Shown in pieces: positions 12,337 through 26,385 of a DNA stretch of 64,000 nt. The notes under the pieces were generated by a model. The model had not been told where the DNA came from and made no database searches. It worked only from the letters and a program-made list of their open reading frames with translations. Source of the stretch: Vicugna vicugna (Eukaryota); assembly GCA_013265495.1 (NCBI GenBank), contig MU058781.1, positions 12,011,009 through 12,075,008 on the forward strand, written 5' to 3'. Position numbers and translations under genes: made by a program. Each line of letters opens with the position of its first letter. Positions within the stretch are counted from its first letter, which is position 1.

Positions 12337-13739
12337 TGCTGACGACAATCTAGAGGTGGTGGCGTAAGATGGGCTCAGTGGGGCATTTGGGTAAGCTGGA
12401 GAGCACCCGAGAAAATAATGTATCATGAAATGGACTTGCTCCCTCTTGGCCAGGGCTCCACACACAGGGTTAGCAGCCCTTCGGCTGTACAGTGGATTGG
12501 TCTTGGTTTCCCTGAAGAGTGTAGACCAGCCTCCTGGGGAGGTCTGCCTCTGTGTCTCACTGTCTGTGTTCAGAGCTCACAGTGACCTGCTGTCACCTTA
12601 AAAAATTGAAAAGACTGAATTTAAACATCCGAGCTGAAATACTCCTGAATTAAGCGATCCCTAAAATCTGTGCAAAACTCTGCTTAACATACAAGCTGCC
12701 AGAGAAATTGGCAGGTTTTGGTCCAGAGTACCATAGAAATATTGCATCTAAAATAATGAAATGAGAATTCTTGAAATTTTCACAGCTAAACCTGAACAAG
12801 TAGGAAGGAGCACCTTGTATTATAAATTTGGCATAGAAATTCATAGAAATGTTAGTTTTCTTAAGTAAATAGTGTACCGCATTCCTTGGTATGTACTGGG
12901 TTCCTAGTAAATGATCATTTCTTTTCTGTCATTATATAGTGAAATTTACTGAACAAAGAGCCACAGCTTGGGAAATGGTATCTTGCACAATGTTTTACAC
13001 ATAGTAGGAATTTTTGGTTTTATGGGAAAAGATGAAAAGCATTGGGTTTTATAGGTTGCCTTTCTCTTTAGAATGAACTGGGTAATGAGATGAGAATAAT
13101 TATTTGTCCTTAGTTTTGCTATGAGCCAGCCATGATAGTAATGCTTAGATTAACCTAACGTTTTTCTCTTCAGTGGCTCAGTGAGTTTGTACAAATCATT
13201 TTGCAATCACTTTCAGATGTTTACTCCTGCTTTATAATAGTGAGACCTCACACCATTGCTATAGAACAGTTAGGGATGGGTCCTTCTTGGCAGTGATTGA
13301 CGTTCAGAGTGAAGTCTTTATTGTCTCTTTTGGTTGTTTTGCTGTTACTTGATGGAGAGTTATACCCAGAAATCTGTAATAATCAAAGAAAACAATAGCA
13401 GTTTCTCATGTATAAAAGGAATTCATTGGGTTTCCAAAAGTCAGAAGTGAAGAATATTCTTGTGGGTTGACAGAGACTGTCTTGCCAGTGGTGATGGGAG
13501 TGGGGTGATGGGAGTATCTTCTGTTTCTTTTTCCAATGATTCTCAGTCTTCTCTGATTTGGGAAACCACATAATAACTAGTGACTGGCTCTTTACCACTG
13601 ATGATAGCTTTTTTGGAATTGATAAGTTTTCACTTTTTCTTTGGGACTAAATCTAAGACTGTATTTTCTGTTTTTAATTTTTCGGTTATCCCTCCAATAG
13701 GTGACCACTTTACCCTGTGTTTGGTTTGTGTTTCTCTAG

Positions 13740-13850
<111 letters not shown>

Positions 13851-14583
13851 TAGAAATATTATTTCAATCAAGTGAGTAAAGGGAAAATAATCTTCTAACC
13901 CCATCTAGATGACACCTTCATAAAATTTTTATTTCACTTCTTGACTAATAGGACTTTTTAACTTAACAGAGTTTATTTATGGAATAATTCTGTGCCAGAG
14001 TCTTAATAAGTTGAGTCCGTGGCTAAAAATGCAAGGTTTGTGCAGTAAAACAAATTCAGTTAAAAAAAAATAAGACCACCAATACACTGATAAAGATCTG
14101 AGTCCAGCCTTTTGCATTCTTGCTAGTAATAAAACTGAGGCCTTGTTTATTTATTCAGAAGCATGTTTCACTAGCTTCATTTCTGCTGATGATAGTAGCA
14201 CGTGAGTATGAACCTGTTAAATTTAGATAGGGAACCTTAACTGCAGTTACCTCCTAGTGAACAGTACGTCGGCATCTTCTCTCACAAAGTGATGGGGAGA
14301 GATGAAAATTTTTGCTATTATGCATCGCTGTTCCTTGCTGACTTTATGTAGCCACTGATTGCATAAGAGATTTGGTTAAGTCTTTGTAGAGAATGAGTTT
14401 CTCCCTGTGAAATAATAGGACATGAACAGAGAACAAAAAGTTCTTTTGGAAAAGAAACGATTAGAATCCCAGGGCTCTCAGGACAGTACGGAAGATCATC
14501 CAACTGCATTGTGCCTTTGTTTAATTGCGTTCCAGCTGAGAATATGTTTATCTACATGTGTTTTGATTCTCCATTTACTCTGA

Positions 14584-14694
<111 letters not shown>

Positions 14695-14796
14695 TAAGAG
14701 TTTTGAATTTTTCTTTATATGACAATGATGAAAATAACCAGCCTCCTGAAAGCTTTTGATTTGATTCCACTGTCCACATCTTTAAAATCTCTTTAG

Positions 14797-14851
14797 AAAT
14801 CTGACACCTGTGTTGGACAACTTAGTGCAGATGATTCAAGATGAAGAATCA
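14797..14851 (+). CDS. CARMIL1: CARMIL1 coding exon, 55 nt, phase 2-0: (K)NLTPVLDNLVQMIQDEES
   Basis: tctctttag|A AAT CTG...GAA TCA|gtgagt; follows a 103-nt intron. Confidence 0.96.
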
Positions 14852-14940
14852 GTGAGTATCAGTTTTAATACTTTTCCCTGAAATCTTTTGTTTGTTGCCT
14901 TTCTTACTAATTATGTCTACTAGATTGTTGCTAATAGGCT

Positions 14941-15074
14941 TATTTATTTATTTATTTTTAATTAAAGTATAGTCCATTACAAGGTGTCAATTTCTGGTGT
15001 ACAGCATAATGTCCCAGTCGTGCATATATATATACATATATTTGTTTTCATATTCTTTTCATTAAAGGTTATTA
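14941..15074 (-). mobile_element. L1 3' end (camelid/artiodactyl type)
   Basis: (TATT)n tail then gtgtcaatttctggtgtacagcataatgtcccagtc, homologous in reverse to the insert at 1712-1812. Confidence 0.8.
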
Positions 15075-15656
15075 GATAATTTTATCTCACATACATTTTC
15101 TATTATTGTTACTATTTTTAAATGCAGTGAATATTTATGCCTTAGTACAGTTGTAGAATGTATTTAAAATTTACTTACTCTTTACTTCATTCAGTTCATT
15201 AAAGAAAGATTGTAACTCATAGATGAAAAGAAGTATGCATTGACTCCTAAGCCCATCTTTTAATAAACCTTACTACTTCTAGCTTCAGCTAATACACTAG
15301 TCTGCAAGCATGAATTTTTACTACCTAGTTGACTTTATAACCTTATATCATGCTGAGAAACAGCATATTGCTAATTTGAATTTCGTCTAGTAATTATGCA
15401 GAATTACAAGAGACTCAGAAAGTTGTCCCTCATCTTAAATTGTGTCTAGAGCTCTAATAATCCTTCTTACATTTCCCCTCACTTTAGTTGCTCCTGGCTA
15501 AGACTTGGTTCATTTAATTTAATTTCAAATAGTATCCTATTTTGCTGCCCCTAGGAGTGCATTAGAAAAAAGACATTTTATAGTCAAAGCAAGAAGCACT
15601 CTACCATTTATTCCTTTCATTGAAACCTAGCGTATCACATCTTACATCTTACTGAT

Positions 15657-15890
15657 TTTTTTTAAGTTTTATTTTTTATTGAAGTATAGTTGATTCACAA
15701 TGTTAGTTTCAGGTTACAGCAAAGTGATTCAGTTATACATATATACATATATATATGTATGCACATGTATTTTCAGATTCTTTTCCATTATAGCTTATTA
15801 CAAGAAATTGAGTATAGTTCCCTGTGCTATACAGTACGTCCTTGTTTATCTATTTTATATGCAGTTTTATATATATGTTAATCCTAAACT
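15657..15890 (-). mobile_element. L1 3' end (artiodactyl type) with 8-bp TSD
   Basis: Poly-T, attgaagtatagttgattcacaatgttag...tatagttccctgtgctatacagta; TTACTGAT at 15649-15656 and 15891-15898. Confidence 0.85.
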
Positions 15891-18348
15891 TTACTGATGC
15901 CTTGTAAGATTCTATCCCTTTCCTATCTTAGTCCTATTTGGCTACTTAAGAGCTTTTATGGTTCCTAAAATCCAAATCAGTTTGTATACTGAAGATTCAT
16001 ATTCGTGTTTTCCGATAGCTACTCTGGTAGGTCATGAGTGATTTCCTATCACTCTGAATTATGTGAGATGTGTCACATTTATTCATGTGAGATAACGTCA
16101 CATTTTAAAAAGGTAATCATTTTCCCTCTTGAATTCATATGAGGTAATAATAGCAGATTCTACTATAATGGTAAACTAAATTTTCCTGGAAAGCCACGGG
16201 TCCAGGAGAGATGGAGATGGTACTTTTCCTTGCTTGCTCTTGCCCACACTGCTTTCTGGGGCTCTGATCTGGAGGGGGGCAGGAGAAAATTCTGTTGTCC
16301 TGCCTCTTCATTGTGTGGATATAATTTCGAACCTGTGGGCTAGAAATGAAACTCATTATTATTTAATGAATCCAAGCACCTCTCTTTGTCTTCACTTGCT
16401 AATAAACCCCATATTTTGTTACTTTTATACTGGGTTATTAAAGTTAGAGGCATAATTAGAATACAGTTTACATGTTTTAGAATTTATGCGGTTTGTGTTA
16501 CATATTTAATTTGATTTTACACCATCCTGCTTTATTAGAGATTTTGATTTTCCCAGTATCTGTCCAGTTTGAAAAGACTGGGGAGGCCAATATTGTCGAA
16601 TCCTATTTAATAGCCATCCTCAAATACTTGATTCTGAGCACATATTTTAGGAAAATTTATATTTTATGAAAAAAATATTTCTTAATTTCATGTTTTGCTT
16701 ATTATTACACAGTGGTCTTCAAACTCTGTTTCTATAATTTTCAAAGTGTCCTACTTAAAGATAATCTTCATATTTTAAACACACCTAAAAACATATTTGC
16801 AGGTGGTGAAGTTTGCTGTGTAAATGTGAATTCTGTCAAGTTATAAATTTGGAAGTGTGCCACTAATAACGTACGGTGAATACCCTTTTATGTTCATGTC
16901 ATAGAAAAGTAGGTGGCTTTTTCAAAAAGCAATTACCTTCTATTTTTTCCCCCTATTTCTGAATCAGGAATGTGCAAAACAATTTAAAATGAATAGGAGT
17001 TGAGTCTCGTCACTATAAAAATTCCACCAATAACTGGCACCATGGGGCTCATTTTTTTTTTTAAAGGTTTTTTTGCTTTTTACATTCTGACCTTGTGTTT
17101 GTAGAGCTTGTTTTTAGACAGCCCGTGGAATACTTCATTTGCCCGGTAGTGCATGTTAGGTTCAGTTGGAAAACCTAGATGCACAGGCTCCAGTGTTGCC
17201 TTCAACTCTAGACAGTGGTTGTCAGGCAGCTGCCCCCAGAATCAAGGGATGGTAACACTGAGGGGCCAAGATGGCAGGCATTCTTGTTTTGAAGTATTAT
17301 ATACAAACCCATGCTCTGACCAGTAGAACAGAATGTGGTTGTCCTGGGAGTGTCTGTAGCAAGGAGACAGCTTGTCAGATTAAGCATGTTCAGCTACGAA
17401 CAGAAATAGTAAGATTTGAAATAGGTATGTTACCTGGAAGGGCAGTAAATCACGAAGGGATGACCTTATAAATATGCATGCAACTCAGGCTGTTCTGTTC
17501 GCGTTAATGACTCTGCCTATTATTTTTAAGTGTTAACTGGGGTGTATTAGAGTTTGAATATAGCACTGGAATTGGTGCTCACCAGCTTGGAGACTTGGCA
17601 GTTTTCCAGTATTAGGAAGAAACCGTAATATATCATTTTTGTAGTAGCTGAATAGAGCTTACTGAAATGATGGGAGATGCAATTACAGCTTTTTATTAAA
17701 GCAACAGTGCATATGTTTTCATTTAAAACATTGAGTTTCCCGAATCTGAAGCATTTTTAGTTAAGTTTTTTTTCCATTTACTTGAATGTAGAATCTTAAG
17801 AAAATTGAAGTCATCTCCCTAAACCTGCCTGAGTCTAAGCATGTGCAGGCTTCTGGGCTGAGTTCTCAATTGCCCTACCTCTTGATATGCGATTTAACTT
17901 AAACATTTTTGATACTAATTACTATACTATTACCTTTTGATTTACCATAGATGTGTTAAGTTTAGAAAACATGGTCAAATTTGGACAATAAGGACAGTAA
18001 GTATAGTCGCTTGGGAAAATTATAACCAAATGCATAATGCCACTTTGTGGATATCTGAATCTTTAAACCAGCAACACCCTCTTCCCGCCTCCTGAGCCTT
18101 TTGGCAGATATGCCTTGAGCAGGGGTTCTGTTGGAAGTCAGCATTCAGTGGTTGAGTGGACACGGATCCAGCCCAGGATTTGTGTGTGGGTCAGGCAGAC
18201 CACCCGGCACATTCCAAGGACCCCAGTCCCCCGGGCCACCGTGGAACCCGGTCATAGATGACTCTACAAACTGCTTCCAGCATCCACTTCCCTGTATAGT
18301 CAGAACTGCTTATGGAATACGCATATAGAGTGGTTTAGCATGGCTGGG

Positions 18349-18362
18349 CCAATAGAGGGCGC
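18349..18362 (+). promoter_or_regulatory. CTCF-like motif
   Basis: GGG-CCAATAGAGGGCGC-CT, one mismatch to CCASYAGRKGGCRS, CpG retained. Confidence 0.45.
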
Positions 18363-18859
18363 CTCACACAACCCGGAAGACATCCAAATCGCCCAGGGAA
18401 GTCTTAGTTCTGACTTTTACAGCAACGTTGGTTCAAGTCCTGGAATTCTCACCACCTCATCAGTTCATTGATGGCTGAAATCATGGATTACAAACTGAAA
18501 TACCCCCAAGGCTGGGAAAGTGACAGGAACAAGTAGATGTGAGCTGGGTGTAAGGAGGGAGCCCTATATTTTTGGGGGGAGTGAGGGAGGGTCACATACT
18601 ACGCAGGCCAAACAAAACCTGCCTCCAGGCTGAGTGGCTTTCAGTCTCCAGCCTAAATGGGCAGTGAGTGGGTTGGCTTGGATTCACCATACAGCATATG
18701 GTAATGAAAAGGTCACATACATTTGACTTTTTTTTTTTTAATTTTAAGTAGGTCTTCTGATTGGTTCTTATAAGGCAAAGTTAAGTGAAGATCAAAAAGA
18801 TGTAGGATAAGCTAATAGGGGCAATATTGTGTAGGAATTAAACACACAAAATCGGCAAC

Positions 18860-19060
18860 CAGACTGGTTCCTGTTTAGCTACTTTTCTGTGTGACCTTGG
18901 TTGAGTGACTTAACCTTTCTATTTCTCATTTCAGAAACAAGGGTAATAGTGACTCATATGCTAATACCTAAGTATTGGGTTACTGGGAGGATTAACTGAG
19001 TAAAAAGCTTAAATAGTGGTTAATCCTAGTAAGTGTTCAATGAATGTCAGCTATTATTGA
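18860..19060 (+). mobile_element. MIR SINE
   Basis: tgtgtgaccttggttgagtgacttaacctttct...tagtaagtgttcaatgaatgtcagctattatt. Confidence 0.7.
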
Positions 19061-19270
19061 TCTTGGCTGGTTTTTATTTTGCATTTATCCTCTACTAGGA
19101 TTTTAAGACGTCACGTTACCTTACGTAGAAATAAAATGGGTGAAAAGGGATCGTGTACCTAAACTGAAGCACAGACATTTTTGTGTAGTATTTTTCTTTC
19201 TTTCTTCCCATCCTCTGCTTCAAAAGAGCTGCATTTCCCACACTACGTATCTTTCTACAGCTTCCCTTAG

Positions 19271-19687
<417 letters not shown>

Positions 19688-21071
19688 TAGGCTGGTGAGG
19701 CAGAGGCTGACCAGCAAGCCTCGGGGAGCCAGCTGTGCCAGAGTGAGGCTGAGTTTCCCAGGTGGCCAGCTGGGGAGGGGAGGCGTCAGTTTCAAGTCTT
19801 CTATCAAAAAAGGAGGGGAGGGGATTGCCAAATTTAGACACATCATTCCTTCAAACTGCTGTCTTAAAGATTCCCACTGTGAGGTCCACTTGAGAACCAT
19901 TGAGGTTTCTCATTTTACAGCAGTGATGACCACCCACCAGTGTTCAAGGGAGGCAGTGAGAAGCAGAGGACAGGTTTGTTGGCAGTGCCAAATGAGCAGA
20001 GCTGGGAAGACTGGAGGAATAACACAAGGGGCTTCCCTGTACTTGGTTGTGAGCCCAGTGTCTTATCTTCCCTTCCCACTCCTGTCAGTATAAAGACTTA
20101 AAGCCCAAGGGATCCAGGAAGTCCTTTGGGTCAAAGGCAGGTTCATACTGGATGCTGACTGTTCTGGTTAGTGGTTTTCATCCATAGTGCTTCCCAAGCA
20201 TGGCTTTCCTTAAGGATGAGCTGTGTGGTAGCTGCTTCTCTAAGGGACTAGTTACTTGGTAACCATGTTACCATCCATCATTCAGAGAGGTCTGGTTGCT
20301 CCCTAGTCCAGCAGTCTGGTGAAGGAAGAGTTAATTCACATTCCTCCTCCAAGGCCCTTGTTGTTTCCCTGGCTCTCCAGTGTAAGGCAGAGCCTGAACC
20401 TTCTGTCTAAAGTGAAGGCAAAAGCCAAAACCTGGAGCAATTTCTTTGAAATTGCCAATATGTACGTAAAGAAGTTCTTTGAGGTTAGGAAGGGAAAGCA
20501 GTCAGAGGTCAGGAGTCTGGGAGCATTCAGACAAATAAAAGCCATTTCACGTGTCAGGTGAATTGATGTGTCCAAAAATACTTCTGAAGTGTTCCCGTTC
20601 TGAAAGTAAAGTAATACTTTTCTTCCAAAATAGATTTGGTGTTTAAAACATCAACAACCTCCTTATAGTAACTGAGGTTTTGCCGGCAGAGTGAACAAAG
20701 TGGTTGGGCTGGCTGGTCACCCACGTCAGGCAGTGATGAAACAAAAGAAAATACCAGGTTACTTCTAGATGTTTCGAATGGAGAAAAGTCTCAGTACCTG
20801 AAATTCTTTATGTTGGACATGAGACTGTTTAGCATCTTTTATAAATAGCTTCAGCCTGAGACATGAATGCTAGAATGCTCTTTGGAGAGTATGTTATGAG
20901 AATATCAGGGAAGTCAGGTTTTAGAGCTCTCTGGCTAGTAAAGCATTTGGTAACTTAATGGTAACTTAATATGTGCACTTTTGCTTTGAAGTGTGTATTT
21001 TCATCCTACTTGAGCAGTAAATGGGTTTGGAATATAATGTTGGGTGGAATGCTCATTTTTCCCTTGTTTGA

Positions 21072-21281
<210 letters not shown>

Positions 21282-23996
21282 TAAGTTTTACTTGGGACAT
21301 CTTTCTAGAAGAATTGGAAAGAGCCATTGGTGTTTGTGCTACCTATGGAATAATAGAAGTAGTGATAGATTGGGAATCAGAAGATCTGGGTCTGAGTTAG
21401 TCTACTGATCACCAGCCATGGGACCTGGGAAGACACTGCCTTTCTTCTGGTGTGAGTTTCTTGTCTGTAAAACAAGGGTGGAGATGTTTGTTCTGCCGAA
21501 GATTGTGGTGGGGGGATGGGGGGCGGCAGGGGGTACACACTGGTTGCCTTGCCTGCTTCCTCCTCCTTGTGGTTTTAACTGTGCATCCACTGGGTCTTGC
21601 TTTTTTTTTGCCTATGATGACAACTCTGAATCCAGGGGTGAGAAGGAAGCTAAGGTCCAGGAAATAAAAATAAAATTGATGAAATGGTAAGGCCAGAGCT
21701 CACTGGTCTCATTTCTATAAAAGGCTTTCTTTATTACCTTTGTGACTAAAGTTGGCAATCATTACTTATTGCCAAATTTACTTTCCCAGAAAACCAAATG
21801 AGGAAATAAGAATACATATGTGGCTGGAAAAAATGCTAGAAATCTGGTTCTTTCTGTGCTCTTCGTCCTCATATTATATTCTAATGGCAAAAGTGATCAA
21901 AGCAGATTTATAGCATTAAAAACGAGAGATTACAAAATGTAGGAGGGAAATAAGGGGCCAGTACCATAGAAGATGGTCCCCTGGGGAAGGGGAGGCCGTG
22001 CTCATTATTTTGCGTTTTCCCAGATTTCCCCCCTTGCATGGCCTGTTCAGTGGCACTCATGCCCAATGTGACGCCCTGGATAAAACCCTAGACCTGGATG
22101 CCTGCATTCAGCTTCCAGCTCTGTCATCAGTCAGCTTATGACCTTGAGAAAAGCATTCACCTTTTTGATGAATTCTTCCTTTATAAAGTGAGACAGTCAC
22201 AGTAAATGATCTCTGAGTGCCTTCCAGTTCTAAATCCTGTGATTCTGCTTTAGCCGAGAGGTCAAAGTAGCCACCACAGGCCATCACAACATGGAGAAGG
22301 CAGCTTACCCCATCCAGCCACCACAACTGTCCTTCTCGGGAGCCTGCTGTGTTTGCAGAATCACCTACACTTAACTCCTGTTGTACCACAAAACCTTTAT
22401 AATGGAAACATTTTACTTACACATAGCTGCCTTTGGGTGCTAACAGCACAGCTGCCACCCTGATGATGTTCTGGACTGCCAGCCCAAATAGGTCCTTGTG
22501 AGAAGCCCCGAGTATGCACACCCAGTACCCCGCATCTCCAGGCTGACAGTAGGGCTCTCTGGATTACAGTCCATTATGTACACTGTGCTCCAAGAGGCCA
22601 ATGGTTTGAAACCACATTTGGTTTAAATAACCTGGGCTGGTCTGAATCAGGATGAAAATTGGATGAGAGAAAAGAAAATCTTCAGGGCTGCAAAAAAAGA
22701 CACGTTGTCTCTTAGTTTCAGTTGGCTGGCTCCTCTTAAGCCAAGCAAAACCAATTTTGCTGAAACAAAGCTAAAGTAAAAATTATGGAGATAACAGCCT
22801 TTTCTTGGCTGTTGATTTTACTTTAAGCCTCCCTGTAAGTCGGACTGGAGGAAGAACATTTTTCCCATTAGGTATCCATCCAGATTACTGCTATTGTTAA
22901 GATGACTGTTTATTTTCTTTATTGTTTCTTTATTACTAGTGCCTATTTTAGGAATTGTTAATTTATTCTTCCAGTAGAAGTCATCTAAATACCCCTAAGA
23001 ATCACATTGCAAGGGCTGTTTATTTAGAGACCAAAGACAAGCCAGCTGATCGTGTGATTCTAGGGCACCAGTTGCCACCAACGTGGCCTGAAAGGTTATT
23101 CATCTTGAGTGTCATGTAGAAACAGACGCTTTTGGTATAGGAAGGATGCACCTCTGGTGCTTGGGCTTGTGGTAGGGGAGCGGGTGTGAGCAGTCATCTG
23201 GACATTTAGCAGTTTGTAGCGTGGTCAGGCTCCAAGGCCAGTGTGTGGATGCAGGGTTCTGCCTTCCTCACCCCAAAATGACTCACCCTTGCCTTCTCTG
23301 TCTAATCAGCTGGTCCATAGCAGCGAGGTAATACACAGACACGGTGTCTCACAGCTGCTTTGCTTGGCGTCCAGAGCCCAGGGGACCCAGGCTGATTTTG
23401 GGTGCAAACTGCAAGGACCTGCCGAGGTCAGGGTGGTGACCGAGGCAGGAAGCTTTTCTAAAGACAGTCAGTGGCCTTGGACTCGGTTTATTTATAGGAG
23501 CCCAGAGCCCGAACAGACTGTTTTTGTGGATGCTAATGTCCTTTACTTTGTGAGCAGATGTTTGGGTTTTATTCTCGATTTTTTCTCTAGCATCCTGGGT
23601 TTATGATACGTTGTCACTGTGGTGATCAAGGTACCCTCAGTTTTGTGGGTGACTAACTAGCAATAAGAGAAGTCCAAGTCGCAAGTTGATGCTGGACTTT
23701 TTTTTCCTAGCCTTTGTCTCCATCTGTCTCTTCAGTCCCAATTTGAAAATACTGTCCTTGCTGTAATCTAAAACTGAAAACATAACAACAAAACCGGGTT
23801 CCTTAAAGGTGTGTCAGCTTCGTAGACAGCGTGAATTGGTGAGGTCACACACATGGATATGAGAGGTTACTGATCTGCAATCGAGGGGCCTGAGATGGTC
23901 GGTGGTTTAGAATTTTCTAAGATACTTGGGCAACTCTGTTTTGGGATTTTAAAAAAGAGTGCTGAATTAAGGTAATAGGAAGTTATTTTTAAATAA

Positions 23997-24131
<135 letters not shown>

Positions 24132-24919
24132 TAGCTTAACTGTAATAAATTCGTATTTGAATTATGTTAATAATAGTTCTGAACGTATGAACAGGGCTTT
24201 GTATTTTACAAAGGTTTTTTCACATCAGCTTGTGTTCTTACGATCATGACGGGCATAATGCATGACTCAGGGTGGAATAAAATAAGAAAGACCTGTCATG
24301 AAACTGAAGTGGAGTAAAATAACACTCTTACAGCATCAACACACCAGAGCCTAAGCGTAAATAACTTCATGTCGGTCCTTTGGAGATTGTGTGGAACTGA
24401 ATGTAATCAGCACGACGTTCATCCCCTTCATTCTCCACAGCTAGAACCTTCCTTTCTTTCTTCATCAAGAAGTTTAGGGTATTAGTGAGATCTCGCTTTA
24501 TCATCTTTGTCTATAAATGTGTCTAAATCCATACTCGTTCTCACTTCCTTTCTGGCAACCCCAGAGGATGATGGGTAGCTTCTCCTTCGAAGTCCAGCCA
24601 GCCATCCACAGTGCCTTTGACAACCCCTCTGCCTCCATCCCCCCGTCTCTGCCCTGTGCTGGAATTCCCTCTGTGCATCATTCCCTCACTTTCCCGTATC
24701 TTCGTCCTTCTCTCCTTCTCTGTGGTTATGATGACCTTTCTTCCCATTGTTAGATATGCTCAAATATTTCCCATCTGAAGGAGTCTACTCCGCCTTTGTT
24801 ATGGCGTTATTTAGAGAATCTTTGAAATCCTTCTTCCCTCTTTGTTCTTTCATCTGGTGGTACCACTCTTTGTCCAGTCTCCTAAGCTTGTTTTTTTTTT
24901 TTTCTCTCCCTCCTCCATA

Positions 24920-25680
24920 TCTTCCGTAGTCAGTCAGTCACCAAGTTTACTGATTGTAGAGCATAAATCTCTTCATTAGCTCTTCTTCCCTCTATTCCTG
25001 TTACAGATGCCTTTATTCAAACCTCATCATCCTTCACCAGGATTCTCTTGTCTGTTTTCCATGTTGCAGTCAGAGATAGCCATCTTACATCATGGTAAAT
25101 TTGATCAGACTGAAACCTTCAATCCATTCCTCTCCAGTGGCTTTTAGGATAAAGCCAAATCTCCTTAACTTGGCATGAAATTCTGTCCAGGAATTTCTAT
25201 TTGTCTGCCTCCCATTCATTGCCAACTTCATCACTTACCAACCCTTATTCTTTGTTTCACTCTAACTCTGGGAACTTGTTCAAAATGCAGAATTGGTGGG
25301 ACTCAGCAGTCTGTTTTTCCGAGCTCTCCTGGTGATGGGAGAGTTTGAGCAGCACTGCTCTAAGCCAGGTGATACTCCCCACCACGGTGCTTGTCCGTTG
25401 AGACTGAATCAAGGGTCAGCGGATCCAGGAAGACTTCTCAGAGTCCCTTTCCCCTACTAGGGAGGTGTTCTTATCAGAATTTCCTGTGGCGCTGTCACTG
25501 GTCTTGTGACATTGTTTTCAGTCACCTGCCTCCATCATTCTTTCTTCCAGTGACTGTGAGCTCTTTGGAGGCAGAGCTTATATTTTTCATCTTGTTTTTC
25601 TTTTTTTTTTCTCAGAAGCTAGTGCAGTGCCTGCAGTGTGTGCTTGGATGTTCTTTAGACATTCAGTGAATACAAGGAGT
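24920..25680 (+). mobile_element. L2 LINE 3' fragments interrupted by a MER5A-like piece (about 25270-25362)
   Basis: ttttaggataaagccaaatctcctt and gactgtgagctctttggaggcagag are L2-like; ggaacttgttcaaaatgcag...agtttgagcagcactg is MER5A-like. Confidence 0.5.
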
Positions 25681-25699
25681 GAGATGGGGAGGGAAATTT

Positions 25700-26095
25700 G
25701 TGGTGTAGCAGAAGAAACCATCTCAGATTTGGATTCAGAAGACCTGACTAAATTAAACTCTTACCAGCTTTGTAAGTTCAGTAGGTTACTTAATTCTTCT
25801 GAGCTTTAGTTTCTTCATCTGCATAAAAGTACAGCTACATAGTAACAGTGTTTAGCTGACAGTTAGCATATAGTTCTTACCTGGAGCCTGACACTATTTT
25901 AAATGACTTACATAAATTAACAACAGTAATCTTTAAAGTAAGCCCATGAGATAGGTTCTATTATATCTTCATTTTATGCATAAGAAAACTGAAGAACAGA
26001 GTGGCTAAGTTGCCTAAAGTAGCCATGAGGATCAAATGAGGTAGTATATGTGAAATGCAGTTTGTAGACCATAAAGCAATATACAAATGTTAGTT
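25700..26095. mobile_element. MIR fragments in both orientations
   Basis: tctgagctttagtttcttcatctg (+) and cattttatgcataagaaaactgaagaacagag (-). Confidence 0.6.
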
Positions 26096-26235
26096 ACCTT
26101 TATACTTTCCTCAAGGTTATTAGTCAGCTTATAGCAAAAGACATATTCTACAGAAACCGGGTTTCTGGGTTCAGATTAGACATGTAAATAGTTGGGAAGT
26201 CCTCATTCCAATCTTCACAACAAGAAAAATTGCTC

Positions 26236-26385
26236 GGGGGGAGGGTATAACTCAGTGGTAGAGTGCATGATTAGCATGTATGAGGTCCTGGGTTCAATTT
26301 CCAGTACCTCCATTAAAAAAAACAATAATAAATAAACCTAATCCCCCTCCCAAAAAAACTTTAAATTTTTTTAAAAATTAAAAAA
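26236..26385 (+). mobile_element. Vic-1-type SINE with perfect 13-bp TSD
   Basis: AAGAAAAATTGCT at 26222-26234 and 26386-26398; tRNA-like head and A-rich tail. Confidence 0.93.

Noticed and set aside
16062..16077. TGTGA-N6-TCACA, identical in form to a bacterial CRP site
   Set aside because: Mammalian intron with no sign of bacterial DNA; coincidental match.
20948..20969. TGGTAACTTAA tandem duplication
   Set aside because: Ordinary short slippage duplication with no supporting context.
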